Assembly (NCBI GenBank): GCA_973895155.1
Contig: OZ316896.1
Location: forward strand, 20,652,152 to 20,716,151
Source of the DNA: Marsupella aquatica
Lineage: Eukaryota > Plantae > Marchantiophyta
DNA: 64,000 bases
Direction: 5' to 3'
Shown in pieces: positions 25,267 through 38,731 of this stretch. A program made the position numbers and the translations under genes. A model generated the notes under the pieces. That model did no database searches. It saw nothing but the letters and a program-made list of their open reading frames with translations, and was not told the DNA's origin. Each line of letters starts with the position of its first letter. The stretch's first letter is position 1.

Positions 25267-27099
25267 CACTCACTCGTCCCGCCCCGCCCCGCCCCGAAGA
25301 AATTAAATCCCAAACCTCACAGCGCATCAACCAGCTCTCTTGCCGAGGCGACCCTCGCTAAAATTCTACAAAACTCCGCAGCGCAACAAACCCCGTCCAT
25401 CCGCTTCTCGTAGTCATCAATCCTTCGGCAGCATTATCGCACATTGACCGAACGCACCAGCGCACACACAACCTCCACGGCAAGGATCGGCCGCGAGTCC
25501 TTCGAAGACGCTGAGCTTCCGACGACTCCCTCCTGTGTCGTCCACGACGCGTGCAAGTATCGAGAATACTACAGAGTGAATAATTCGAGCTGAAAGCGAG
25601 AAAGAGCAAAGCTTAATAACACGACGAAAATATGGTCATTGTAAATCATACAGCACTGGTTTTGAAGAAAACCAAACCAATGGAAGACTAATAATGTTCG
25701 ATGAAGTCTATTTTTTTAAGTGCGAATTTTATTCAAATTCCACCCTCCCCAAATAAACGTTCGCCACTTTTGGCTAATATTGGCTACATTTTTCTGACAC
25801 CACTCTCCACTCTTCCACCAAATCATGGATCTCATTATCCAGAATCTAAGGGCCCTCCTTAAATCTAGGGATATCTGACTCTCACAATTTAATTCAGTAA
25901 AGTCTGATAGAGACTATTCCTAGAATCTCCTCCCTAAGTTTGATAGACTATTCCTAGAATCTACTCCCTTAGAGAAGCAAACATTAGCCACATTGGCTAA
26001 AAATTAAAAAACCTTACAAAATAGGCTGACTTCGATGTCACACTGCAAAACAGACAAGCAAAACCAGGAGATCAGAGTACTTTGGGACTTGTAATCAACG
26101 ACTTTGGTCCACTCTCGTTGTTGGTAAAGTTTCAGTCTCGATAGCCCCAAAATTTATTTGGATAAGATTCACTCATGATTCTCATTTTGCCTTCCTTTAG
26201 AAAACGGATTTTCTCTGAAAAGATGGCTCAATTGTCTATGTATACAGTAAAGTACCCTTTTTTTAAAGGGCATTTGTGTGGGCATGATGCCACAAGTAGA
26301 GAGGTCAAGACTCGTTTTCAGATGCTATTATTGCCTTTATTGCTATGTTAAGAGTACCTTAACAATGTTAAAAGCCTTAGCAATGTTTATTTGTATTAAT
26401 TTTTAATTAAGTAAAGAATAAAAAAACTATTATACAAGGTCCCGCTCTCTTATAGAATGGTCATCTTTTGAATTTGCAGGGCCCAAAAAGTAAAGAATTT
26501 GACAAGGAGAGTGCATAAACTAAAAAGAATTGCATTTAGTGTGTGGAAAGAGTGACACTGTTTGAGCCAATGCACAAGAGTCCTTCTGGTACCATCCATG
26601 GATATAAACAGCTTGTCTCTCTACCATTTTTTCATACTGTAATACCCTATCCCCATCACTAAAACAAAACATGAACCAATTGGGACCCTACGGTTATTAT
26701 TTAGCAAATCTATCCGTACACCTCGTCTAAAATAAATGTCTGTCCAACCTGCTTTAGCCTGTCCTAATGATTCTAATGACCCAAGATGAAAATCTTAAAT
26801 TTTAAATTGATTCATATTTGAATTGTTTAAATTCTGATTTGGAAAGTTTGGATAACAAATATTAAAAATTTTGAAAAAATTTGAATATAAATAAAAATTC
26901 AAAATATTTATTTCTCTGAAAATTTAAAGCTGAAAAAATTATATTTGTCTCTTGATTGTGTTTGGAATCTATGATGCGGTGCGATGATTGCTATCTCGTG
27001 TCTCCAATTTCTATTTGCAAAACTGTATGGCCGAGATAACATGTATTGATAACTACATCGCAAAGCTTATAATTTATTGTTTCACCTTGACTCTTCTTT

Positions 27100-27570
27100 G
27101 CCTTGATTATTTGTCTAATCTTTACATATTTATCTTTACTCAACATGTGTTCCTTGCCTTGCCATTTGTTTCTCATCTCATTATCTTTTCTCACATTAAC
27201 ATCTTTATTTTATCACATTTTTTCTCATCCTCAGCATTTTTTCTCTTCTCGACATCTCTTCTCTCCTTGAGATCTTTTCTCAAATTGACATTGTATTGTT
27301 TTCTCATCTTGCCAAAGTTTTCTCACCCTTGACATCTTTATCTCACCACAATGTCTTTCCTTCACCCTCTATATTTTTTCTCTCATTGACATCTTGTTCT
27401 CATTTTTACATCATTTCCTCACCTCGCAATATTTTCTTTTTTCGACATGTATGTTTTTCACCTTGGTTTCTATTCCTCACCTCCGCTTCTTTTCCTCACC
27501 TCAACATGTTTTTCTCTGATCAATATCTTTCATGAACTTTGATATCTTTTCTCATCTCAACATCTTTTGT
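27100..27570. repeat. Pyrimidine-rich degenerate ~20-bp tandem array (ttctcatctyracatcttt)
   Basis: Many imperfect copies of (tt)ctca..(g/a)acatcttt. A related acgacatcttt array lies at 47800-47990. Confidence 0.65.
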
Positions 27571-28069
27571 GCAAAGTACGACATTGGACTATTAATCTGC
27601 ATAATGAATAACTTGATCAGAATTTTGACTGTGGTTCTTCTCTAATAATACCCTGCAAATTACAAAGAAAAAATAGAGTAAGAATATAGTAGCATCATGT
27701 GCACACAGCATTGTGTGCCATAATGCCTAGAAAAACTACTGTAGTGGCTTGAGTGTTGAGATTATGTGTTGAGGGTATTGCCCATAAACTTTGTGTAACA
27801 GGACATTAGCATATTTAAAGGCCTAGGAGATTTTTTGTTTTACTATTTTCAGTAAAAGTAGAAGAGAAGTTTCATAATGAGCCCGTCCAAATTTATATCA
27901 TTACGGACTCATGAATTTGGACCGGCTCATTAAGGAGTGGCGAACATCCTTCTCCTGATTTTGAGGAGTTCTATAGCACAATTGTGTTCTGGCATGTGGA
28001 CGAAGGTACACTTTACTCACTTTCGGTGTTGACATGGGTGATTTCAAATTATTGGCATCTTCATTCCAA

Positions 28070-28170
28070 CCTTTATATATATCACACTGCCAGAAAAACA
28101 GGAACGCCAAAGTGGGAGACATGGTCCCAAAGACAAAAAAACACAATAAAGGGGTGAAGGAAAAGGAAAC
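28070..28170. repeat. Dispersed repeat family B, probable LINE 3' end (copies ~49992-50150 same orientation, ~47200-47370 inverted)
   Basis: tatatatcacact..gccaaa..gggagacatggtcccaa shared at 28075 and 49998; the reverse complement of 47200-47365 gives atatatattatagtgcaaaa..gacaaggtcccaaaggcaaag..ggtcccccacaacca. Confidence 0.55.
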
Positions 28171-28637
28171 CTTTGAGTTGGGATAGAACTCTCAAGTTTG
28201 GATGGAATCTAGTGAATAACTTATTTTCAGTAGATTCAGATATATATCTATAATGACAAAATGTGTGACTTTACTAGACCTATCCAAAACTCATGACTTT
28301 CATGTGTTGGTGCTTGTTTGAAGAGAATTTTTGTAGATAGATTTGGTCGGCAAAAAAACTTTTCATGCAAATATTTCCTTTAGTGTTGCGTTTGTCATGT
28401 CATGCCACTTTTTGTCGAAGAAGAGTTACTTGCAGACAAGTTGCGGACAAGATCTTTTCTTAAAAACTTTTTGTAAAATTACACTAAAACAGTCACACCT
28501 TTGGGGGGTAGGTCTATTGAATCACAGGTCCATGTAAAGCGTGTTCTAAGTAACCCGTAGGACCCACTTGACATCATAGACAATACAAATCATGTATACA
28601 ACAGAGCATATTGTATTTGGGGAATTTTCAAACATCA

Positions 28638-28890
28638 GTGTCATTTTATTAGTTCACTATAGGGACAAGCTATGGCTCAAAGCATAGATTTTGGTGAAAT
28701 CTATACTCCGTAGAGAAACAGCATTTGAAAATAGTTCATATTTATTATTAAATTGCTGAAAATCACTTTTAGGGTACAAGGACATATGATGGGAAATGAG
28801 GGAGATTAGGTTAGGTCTACTGTTCACCTAGACAAATGAACACTGGCCAGTAAGGGCAGGCCCCTTTTATAAGGAGAGCTGTGGTTTACA
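28638..28890 (+). repeat. Dispersed repeat family A (other copies ~31915-32180 on +, ~10020-10090 on -)
   Basis: Shared core gtgtcat.t.att.gtt...aggg..a.ctatggctcaaa...tagat.ttggtga...tgaaaatagttcat, plus gggcaggccc.ctttt..gctgtgg in the two + copies. Confidence 0.65.
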
Positions 28891-31800
28891 AGGAGCAGTT
28901 TGGGGTCTCATCTGAGTTTGAAGGTTTGGATGGACATCCCACCCAAGCTTATGACTCCATTGAGATCAATAGTGTAAGACTCAAGCATTTCTCACGAAAC
29001 CCCAAATGAGATAGCTTTTCTTTCTCATGATTGGAGCCAAACAGACTTCAGTAGCAGTTTGATCTTGCATTGCAGGATAGATTGCAAGTTGTGCCAAAAT
29101 CATATTTGGGTAGCAGCATACCTGCTAAAGAAGATCCCTCCTATCTCAGTCTTGATGCAGGTTAACACTCCCGTGGGAATGACCTGATACCCAGAGAGCA
29201 TACCAAAGGTCTACACCAATCTTTCCCAGAAAAAATCCATTTATGGAACATGAAGGAAACAGAATGCAGACCATGGAAGTCCATAAAGGAACACCCAAAG
29301 AGCTCAAACAGGCAGAGAGCTGGAAACCCATGTTTCAAAGTAACTGCTGAAGAGCCTACAACAATTTGAAGAGCAAAAGATCTGGGGAAGTGGTGCTCAT
29401 TTACTCAAGATACTAATTGCAAATGTTAGACCATGCCTACTTTGGGATTTGGTAATCAAAAAGAAAACTTCATCTTAAATAAATAGAGTGTCATCTTCAA
29501 GCCTTCTCAATTTCTTTTATTATACTGAGGTCCTGGGCACAGGAACTATGGAGCGAAACACCCCCAAAATGAGGGCTAGCTTAACTTTTGAGGGGCTATT
29601 GTTGCCCATGATGCCCTCACAAAAGGGCATTAATAAACTTAAGGCCCAGAAGATTTTTCACTTTTACTATTTTGAGTAAAAGCGATTCATTAACCCGCTA
29701 TCTAAATCTGTCCTGTGCATATTCTTTGTAAAAATACAAATTAAAAACTACAAAGAGAAAATAACAAAGGCCAGTAAGTTTGTATATTGGATAGCCTCAC
29801 TTGGAATAATCTTCCTTAAAGCATTGTCAATGCCTTTGACAGCCTTGATAGGCACAAGGGCGTGCACAGTTCTTTTTTTTCTTTTTAATAGGGAACTACG
29901 CCCAAAAAACTTTACTCCGACAAGGCAGAGCGAATACACCGAGCACTGCCCGAGAGAAGGAGGCAACCAGAAAAAAGGAAACAATTCTTTGAGGCAATTC
30001 ACAAGAACAACCAGACTTTTGTGCTGCCATTTTCCCATAGGAATCCACCGGACACCCAAGCCAAAAGACCAGAAAGAAAGCAACGGCTATGGGTAGACTA
30101 AAATCAATGTTTAAAGATCGACAAGCATAAATGTCTCAGCTGAAACCTAGGATGTCCTCTAAGTATGACGTGGTCTTAAAAATAGATGAGATGATATGAC
30201 ACACAAGCACACGCATACAAAAAACCAAGGACCAACTTCAGTCCAACTAGGGTGGGTAGACTTTCACACGAAGCGGCCCCATGTCATTTTGTAGATGGAA
30301 CTTTGGCCAAAGACCATGAATCTACTGTGGAGATTGAGTGGGAGATTGAGAGATACGATGGAAAATGCAGACTGCTGCCTCAACTCATTTGTAAAGTGCC
30401 CTTAACAAGACTTTGACCTTAAGAACTAGTCTCAGGCCTACACTAGGAGCTGAGCGCCCTCCACTCAGGATAGGAAGCACCTCCAGCTAATGTCCTGAGA
30501 ATGCCCTCCTCCCTAGGGCTTTACCTTATACTAAGAACATTTCTTCTTATTATATTCTCAAGGTGACAGACTTGTTCTTTCTGGTTTTTGTTTTTGGGTG
30601 GGAAGGGAACCTCATCAAAGAGTCAAGGTTGCATGACCGCTCAACGAGTGACTGGGTGGAAAATCCTTAGTCAAGCAGGCCTATTACATAGAATAAGAAT
30701 GACCGACCAAAATGGCTTGTTAATTTCTGGGGGAGGTCACTATATGCCGTCATCCCCACCACCTGTGACATTTATTAGGTCTTAAACAACCTTAAACTAC
30801 AATGTTATTTTTACTGAAATGTTTTACCCCTCTTAATTTGGAGCATTTTAAAAATTGGTTTTGAAAACCCTATTTCTTTGTAAGTCCTGAGTGATACATG
30901 GAAAGGTTTTAAATGACACCTCCTCCCCCAGGGTTAGTTGCTGTTTGTGTTTGACAAAATCTTAAAAACTTGGGAATTTGAACACTCCATAATTTAAACA
31001 CAAATGTTCTTATAAACGAATTGTCTTTCGAGAATCTACAATACTCATTTCCCACATTATACAATTACATGTACGAAAGAGCAAACTTGGTTTTTAAACC
31101 GCCACTAGCCACAACAAAAACATGATGGAACCAGGTTCTTAACTCTAGTGCATTTGCACACCTTTTTGGCTCCGGTCAGCTACAGCCTGGTCCTGCTAGT
31201 GTTGCGGACTGCGCGACTGTTCCTATGCTAATGTTGCGGAGGGCTAATTGTTCCTAAAGTCTTTAGCTGCTGTATCTAGTGTGCACCGCATTGACTTGCA
31301 TACCAACTGTCTGAACACCGACTGTATGGTCCGTTAACACTGTTCCTTGTGCATCTCAGTGAGCCTTACTCTTTTGGGTTCTCTATCGGCAGCACATAAT
31401 ATTTTGTTTTGTATGCTGAATTCCTCCTCCACAACAAGGGAGAGAGAGCTGGACACAAAGTGGGCTCTCAACTCACCAAAATAAAAGAAGAAACAATTCC
31501 TAGTGGCTATCCCAATCCTGGGCTGTCAGAAGCTAACAATGCTTGTAGCATTCACAAATTACTCGGTGTTACTCATTCAAGGAGCTTGTATTGAGTCTGG
31601 ACACTCTATGTTGCTTTAGTTCTTTTTGGGGAGCTGTTACCGAGTTGTGTGTAGCTCAATGCTGCCAAATCCTGCAAAACCTGTTAATTAAGTTTGTGTT
31701 ACCAGGTTTAGACGTTCTCTCAGAATGTCTACGGGCAGAGAATTCTCAGCAAGGCCCTAGCTATACTCGATCATGTTTGTATGAGTTTCAACCTTAAATT

Positions 31801-32599
31801 GCTGCGGAACAATAGTTCTCAACTCTCGCCGCTCAAAAAGGACAGAATCTCTTTTCCAGCTTGGGATACTATTTTGACTCCCCATCCTGGTTCAAGACAT
31901 TCTTGCATGCGTATCGGTGTCATCTCATTTGTTTGTGGCAGGGGGCAATCTATGGCTCAAAATGTAGGGCCCAAAATGTAGATCTTGGTGATGTATATAT
32001 TCTGCAAAAATCACATGTGAAAATAGTTCATCTTTCTTAGAAGTCCTATGATGGAAGTGAGTGGGTCAGCCTGGAGGGTAGGTCTACTGTCCATCTAGGC
32101 AAATGAATGATGACCCGTTAAGATGCAAATAGAACCCATTAGGGCAGGCCCACTTTTGTAGTGGCAGCTGTGGTCTAAGCCACATTTGGAAAATAAGCTT
32201 GTTTTGTTGTTTTTGTTACAATAATGTTTGCCTCATCTCCACATGTTTAAAAAAAAATTAATTTTTTTGGTGGAAATACGTGTTGATTAGAAAAGGCACT
32301 GCGGCTAAGACCAGCGTTGCAGACATCGGAAAATAAGCTTGTGTGGTGGGCATCACTTAGGCATGATTGCAAACATTTGTCAAATATGAACTGTCCCCTA
32401 CAGCACTCTATATGGTATTTTCTTGGTACCCACCCTACTTTTTCTTTTTCTTTTGTCTTGAAAGGAAATAAGGAAGAACACTTCCTAGACTCTCTCTCCA
32501 CCAGGATAGTGACATATAGGGAACCCATTTCAGGGTAAACACAGTTTTCGAATTACACAAAGTGGACTTGGAATTCAATCACGTAATTTCTATTTTATA

Positions 32600-33330
32600 T
32601 TTGAAGTCACCTGTATAACTAGCATCAAGGAAGGGGAGTAGGTATCTTGGATGTGTTAGTTGACCAATCTGTCACCAGGGCATCTGTAGTTAGCAGATTG
32701 ATCCACGTGACCTTCGTGAGCATATTTTTAATGGGGACTTTACAAGAACTCAGAGAGTGGTCCTTTTTTTCCCCTATCTCTGAGATGCAATTGAAGCCAT
32801 TCAAATGTGGGAACCGGCCAACTTTCACTACAAATGAACTTGGAGGCATAATCTGGTAAAACCATTACCAATCCTAGTCACCTGCTAGTTGGTCCTTGTT
32901 TTTGAAGATGTGGCCAAGCTTTTTAATCAAATACTTAGACTAATTCTTGAGGTTCTAAATAATTAACCACTTCTCCATATTCAAGAGACTGATTTATTTT
33001 CTCCAAATTTGACAATTATTGGCTCAGACCATAAAACTTAGTGTAAGCAATGGACCTCATGTTTGCAATGGGTGTGACCATTTGTACCCCAAGTTTTTGT
33101 AAATCCCCCTAAGCTCACACATTCTGCTTTAACAGATCCACAACTACTTTTAAGGGAACAAACCAAAATTGCCTGGCTAGAGTTGCAGCAGCAATTACCG
33201 CTGTGATCTTGTTGAACATGCTAGTTTAGGTGGAATCAACATCACCTAGAATACCATCCCATGTCTTGACCTTGAAGAAAATACACAAATTCTAACTTGT
33301 AGTAGTTTGTAAATGAAATACATATTGGGC
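32600..33330 (-). mobile_element. Probable highly degenerate LINE (APE endonuclease) remnant adjacent to the MULE insertion
   Basis: The minus strand gives broken motifs in the expected APE order (VFFKVK ~ FLQETK, QAILV, FYG, NGFNCISEIGEK ~ GDFN..EK), interrupted by stops and frameshifts. Confidence 0.3.
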
Positions 33331-33338
33331 TGCAAAGA

Positions 33339-33623
33339 ATTCACAACGAGGGGCAAGATCGAGGCACATTAAGGCCTCGATCGTACTAGTCAGGGCAGCG
33401 TTGGGGTTGTTTGGGCGATGCGAGGGTGACATGTAGAGGCTGCCCAGAGAGCTCCGCTGCACCTAAACAACAATGGTCCTGTCCATTGCCTTTCGGCCCT
33501 GTCCCTCGCTGCAGTCCTGTCGCGATCCCCCCGCACCCCGTTGCTTTACGCCCGTCACGCGAAACACCCGTCGATGGGACTGTATTTTGCTGTCGCCCAT
33601 CGGCAACTAAATTGAGCTGTATT
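33339..33623 (+). repeat. Left TIR (285 bp)
   Basis: Reverse complement of 43762-44084 apart from a few substitutions and two insertions in the right copy. Contains the hairpin GATCGAGGC-N8-GCCTCGATC (33357-33382). Confidence 0.95.
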
Positions 33624-33856
33624 CACCTACTCTCTAGTGTATAAGCTTGGGCTACTATTTTGAATTGAGGACTACGCATTCAAACCTGGCAATTCAGGCG
33701 CGATAATGTTTCCAATTAGTAAATGGCGCTCGTTTTTCTGTGAGAGACAACCCAAGGATCAGGATTGTAATGCTTTCCACTACCAATTCAGGGATTGGGC
33801 TACGAGCAAAGTCAAATTCCTAGTTTACAATCACGTTTCACAACTGGGATGCAGAA

Positions 33857-36800
33857 ATGAACTTGCAGGTGTTGAGGTCAATCTTCCCATCGTTTGTGCA
33901 AGGATCCTCCACTTTGAGCACAAAAGCACATTCCCAGGATGTGCATGCAATCAGCAGCACAACGCAGGCGGAGGTATTACAAGTACTGAATGACAATGGG
34001 GAAATTATTGGATTGGGTAGTTTACAGGGTAAGTTCTGTAAAATGGGTTTGGATGACGACGCACAGAATGAAGATGTCAAGAATGGGTGTGACAATCTCC
34101 CGGATAAGGACGATGAAAGAAGGGTGATTTCAATAAGGAATCTTGGAGTCAGAATGATCGGCCCATACCGGACCTAAAGAAGTGCTTCAACGAGAGCAAT
34201 AAATGTGACAAAATTCAATACCCTCCTCCTGGCGAATTTGATGCAAGCGTCTTGCAATGGTTTGGGAGTAGGGCAGACTCTTCATGGATTCCTAAACATA
34301 GGTTGAATGACTTCATTTGGGGAGAAAATATGAGTGATTCCTTCCATACACAGTTTTCAGTGCGAAGGTCCGCTGATCATAAGATTAATGGGGCAAGACC
34401 TCTTGAGAAGAAAGTTATTTGGTATAACTGTTGTTTTGGGCCCGAAGATAAGCAACATTGGAAGAATGTTGTCGGCAGCCACAAAGTTCCACAGAACTTG
34501 AAGTCGAAAGAAGGGGGTGTGTACTTAAAAAAGAAAACGATCTTAGGTAAACACAAAGAAAGTAGTCCCCATGCAAACTCACGTTCTGCTAATTTCTGAC
34601 ATTTTCGTTGCAGAAGTAGCTTCACACGATTCGCGAACAGTGTCTTTGCCATACTCTGTTCATGTTGTGAATGGTACCGAACAAATGCAGTGTATTTGCC
34701 CATATTTTGCATGTTAGGTCCTGCAAATCGCATCTGACGACACGCTTTTCTAACCAATCATATACATGTCAGGGCACAGCATCAAGCGAGGCTGTAGGTG
34801 TAGCTTCACTGTCAGCCATTTTGTACAGCGCAAAGATGCTCTGTTGATAAGATTGTTACATAGGGACCACGAGGACAAACACGGGCAAACATGCCATGGC
34901 TTGAATGATACTTCTGCATATGCTTCTAACTGTCACATAGCTCCACGTATTTTGATGAAACTCAGGGCTAAAATAGACCGATATTTGAGAGCTGGGTTGT
35001 CAGCAAAGGCCATAATCAGAGCACACTTTGACGAGGTTGCTGTGAAATGGCAAAATGAGCATCCGGAGTCGGATGCCGATGTCATCTTTAGTAGAGACAT
35101 GCAGCTGAAACCTAAAGATATATGGACTATTCGGGAAGCAATGCGCAGGAGACAACCCTTTTATACCACTGACGATGCAGCTAGCATTCAAAATTGGGTG
35201 CATCAGAATGACGGGAATGTACTCCTTTACCAGCCACAAATGAAACTCGAGAACCAACCATTCATTCTAGCCTGGTCAACAGATTGGCAAAAAAAGCAAT
35301 TGGCTACGCTGGGACATGACAATGCAGTTGGCTTCGATGCAACATTTGGCACTAACCACTGCGGGGTACAAACTCAGAGTCCCTTACAAAAGTTTGACTT
35401 CCAACTTGTAGACGCGCATTTTTGTTGGCTGAATTTAGACGCTCCTTTTTTTGGCTGAATTTTTATTTCGTGTCATGTTATCATTTGATGTTCATTTCTC
35501 GTATCATTGAGCCTGCGCAGTTCCCCTTCTACACAATTGTTGTGTTCGACAAATTCCAGAATGCGATCCCTGTCGTTTGTGCCATCCTTCAAAGGTATTT
35601 AGCAGTGCATGTTATAGCGGTATTGTCAGCAGTGAAGGGCGTTGCAGACACTACAAGAAAGGAATTGGGCCACCCTGGCCCATGGAAGCCCAATTGCTGG
35701 ATCATCGATGTTGCAGACGAAGAGCAAATCGCCATCAGGTAAATCCAAAGAATGCTTGTTTGCGTGACTATGGACCGGCTGCCTACTTCTCACATGAGGT
35801 ATTCATTTTCAATCTAGCGTATTCTTGCAATTGCACCCTCACATGTACGTGTTAACCTGCATTTGTACAGCAATGTGTTCCCAAATGTGCCGATCACGTT
35901 CTGTAGCTGGCACGTAAGAAGGGCTTGGACCAAGAATATTATCGGGAAGGTGTTATGCCCCTTTGCAAAGGCCCACATTAATGCAGACCTCGGGGCATTG
36001 ATGTACTCTAATGGAATAGGTTTGTTCCTCCATTGATTGTTACGCTCCACTTCAAATCTGAAATTGTGCATGTTGCAATGATTAATTGTCAATTACTAAT
36101 CCGTGTTCATGCAGATCTCACGGCCGAATCTGAGGTCTTTATGGAGAGGTGGAAGGAGACTCAACCTACCTTTGTGGCATACTACAAAAGAGAATGGCAT
36201 GCCAAAGTCAATCGGTGGACTGTAAATTTCAGACAGTTCATACATGCGAATCAAAACACAAATGGAGGAATCAAGAGGTAGCACCACACTCTGAAGGTGG
36301 AACTGAAGGCCGATAAGAGCAACATCAGTGGCAGGTCCATCCCATGGCTCATTGAGAAGCTTAAAGCCATTGAGAATCACTACTGGTGTATGTCCGCCGA
36401 TAAGTTTCAAGGCAGGCTTAGGAATCGGACTGTAGAGCAACACATACACAAATGCATGAACCGAGCCAAGCTCATCCCGGATCATTTTGTCACACTATTT
36501 GAATGTGGGTCAACAAAGTGTGCTTCGGTGAAAAGCATGTCAGAAAAAATTGCTACATTGAAGGAGCACCTGGTTACAGATTGGAACACCGATTCATGCT
36601 CATGTACGTGCGGATATTCAATGAAGGGCAATGCATGCAAGCACCAGGTATTTGCAACTTCATGACTCCTATTTCATAGTCCAGGACAAATTCAGCCTCA
36701 TAATGTTAGCACTAGTGAGGTTGTCGTTCGTAAATTACAGTAACACTTTAGCAGTAGTGAGGCTGTCTCTCGTAAATTACAATACCACAAGTTCATCGTT

Positions 36801-37906
36801 TTTCCACAGATCAAGGTTCTATTGATGACACAAACCATGACAGAATTGGATCTTCTCACCCAGCTTGGTTCAAAGATGAGTACGTTCTGCGGAGGGCTTG
36901 ATGTGCACATGAAGGTGCAAACTGGGGAGTTCCAGTCCATTAACGAACTTGCAAACGTCACGCTTCAATATGATGATGACGAATTGTGGGATGAAGAATC
37001 GCCTGACCATGATTGCCTCCCTATTTCCCCTCCATTGGATGAGTTTGAAAGTGTTTTGAAGAAGGCATATGACACCGTATCTTATAAACCATCCCTTGCA
37101 ACTCAAGCTCTGAAAGAATTGAAGGCGTGGACTGAGTCACTGCTGACTCGGGAAGCGCAGCAGAATGTGGGCAGGCTAGAACCGGATCCAAGTTCATCGG
37201 AAACTTTGCTCCGAAATCCTGAGTCAGATGTGTCAACAATGCGAAAACTTGGTTGGGTGGACAAGCTTATGAGAGGCCCGCAAAAGAGGAAAGGGAACCA
37301 TGATACAGTTGAAGTAAAGAAGCAACTCACTACCTTTACTGCCCCTGAACGACTGGACATTAAGAAGAAGGGAAAAGTGCTTTCCTTCCAGGGAAAATTT
37401 GACAAGCTTGCAGTGGACGCCCTACAAGAATTGCTGAATTCTGTAAAGGAGAACACTTCACCCGACACATCACCAACACAATGTAAGTTTCTATATTATT
37501 GCTTATATAATGGGTCAATTTTGTAAAGTGCAACAATGCTGCCATGGCTGCCATTGTGACCACAACTAATGTTTCCATGTTCATTGTAGGGTGCCTCGGA
37601 ACTCCGACTTTGCAAACCACTTCACGGTCTAAGGCACCGTTCACAGCCTTATCAAAGGACCGTGCAAAGTCCAACACAGATGTTCCTGCACGTCACACAG
37701 GATGCCCAAGGAAGTCGAGGGCTGCCCCAACATATCCACTCAATGCCGTGAAGGACGGATGCTCTCAATCGGGTGTATTGCGTGAACCCCTCACTCAATT
37801 GCAAGCGCAAGTGATTGGCAACATTCACATCGGATCGAGTCAAGCTTGGGCTATGTCACCAAACTTTACTGACCTACTAAATGCATTCTCAGAGGGAGCA
37901 AAATAG
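33857..37906 (+). pseudogene. MULE DDE transposase with SWIM zinc finger (At4g13970/At1g60560-like), inactivated
   Basis: Exons ~33857-34546, 34773-35365, 35521-35738, 35871-36019, 36115-36647, 36810-37482 and 37590-37906. Motifs IQYPPPGEF, WIPKHRLNDFIWGE, YNCCFGPED, KRGCRCSF, H..G..CHG, FDATFGTN (D1), WIIDVADEE (D2), CSWH, SWIM CTCGYSMKGNACKH. Lesions: frameshift ~34116, catalytic E position reads K (AAG 36273), TAG at 36279 in place of W. Confidence 0.92.
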
Positions 37907-38731
37907 AAGAATACTGGCCACACTTCACCAGAAGCATGCAACATTGTTTGTATAACAGATTAGAACATGACAGTTGTGGATATACTTGATGGTGAGAACG
38001 TGCCAATTGCGGTCGTGCCCCCTAGTGATGAAAGATTCGGCACATGTGCCGTCTACCTCATTGTGAAATGGAATGTGAAATGGTAAACAATTACGCGCTC
38101 GTCATGAAGCTGGCCATGTATTTGCGTCTCAATTCTACTTTTGCCAAAAACCCGAGTTCACCCCTGAGCAGGCTTACTCGGAAGGAGTCAATTAAGTATG
38201 TTGCATGAATACTTGTTTCATGACATTTAGGCGTGGACCGTGTTTTGTCTTACTAACCCACAGAAGTACTTCACAATGTGTGAGGGTAATATCCAAACGT
38301 GCTCGTGGGTTCAATTCTAACTTGACGATTTTGTACGTGGTGTAGCATTACAAATAACCAATGCAGTTGAGTGAGTTAATGTAAGTTGAGAGCGTGACCA
38401 TTGCCATTCACAAAGTACAAAAGTGTGCACAATAAACAATTGCCATGAGCCATTCACATAGTACTCACTGTGCACAATAAACAATCAACAATTCCGACGA
38501 AGTCACTATGCTTTACATATATGTGGGGAATTAAATCCAGTAGTTACAATAAGGTACCATCACGAGTGGCATCTGTTACACATTGTCTGCACAAAAATTG
38601 CGCCAATTTATCGTTCAAAGACGGTTTACACGATCAGAAACTGAAGCTATCCATTTCCCAAGGTCATCCATGTTTTTTTCCACAATTGTTGGCTCCTTCG
38701 CAATATACCTGTCTAGACGCTTATTCACGTC

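Noticed and set aside
26988-27535. Phe/Leu/Ser-rich ORFs resembling membrane proteins
   Set aside because: They arise from a pyrimidine-rich tandem array, with non-ATG starts.
33411-33644. Near-identical ORFs MGDARVT.. at 33411-33644 (+) and 43657-43995 (-)
   Set aside because: They are translations of the two GC-rich TIRs with non-ATG starts, not a duplicated gene.
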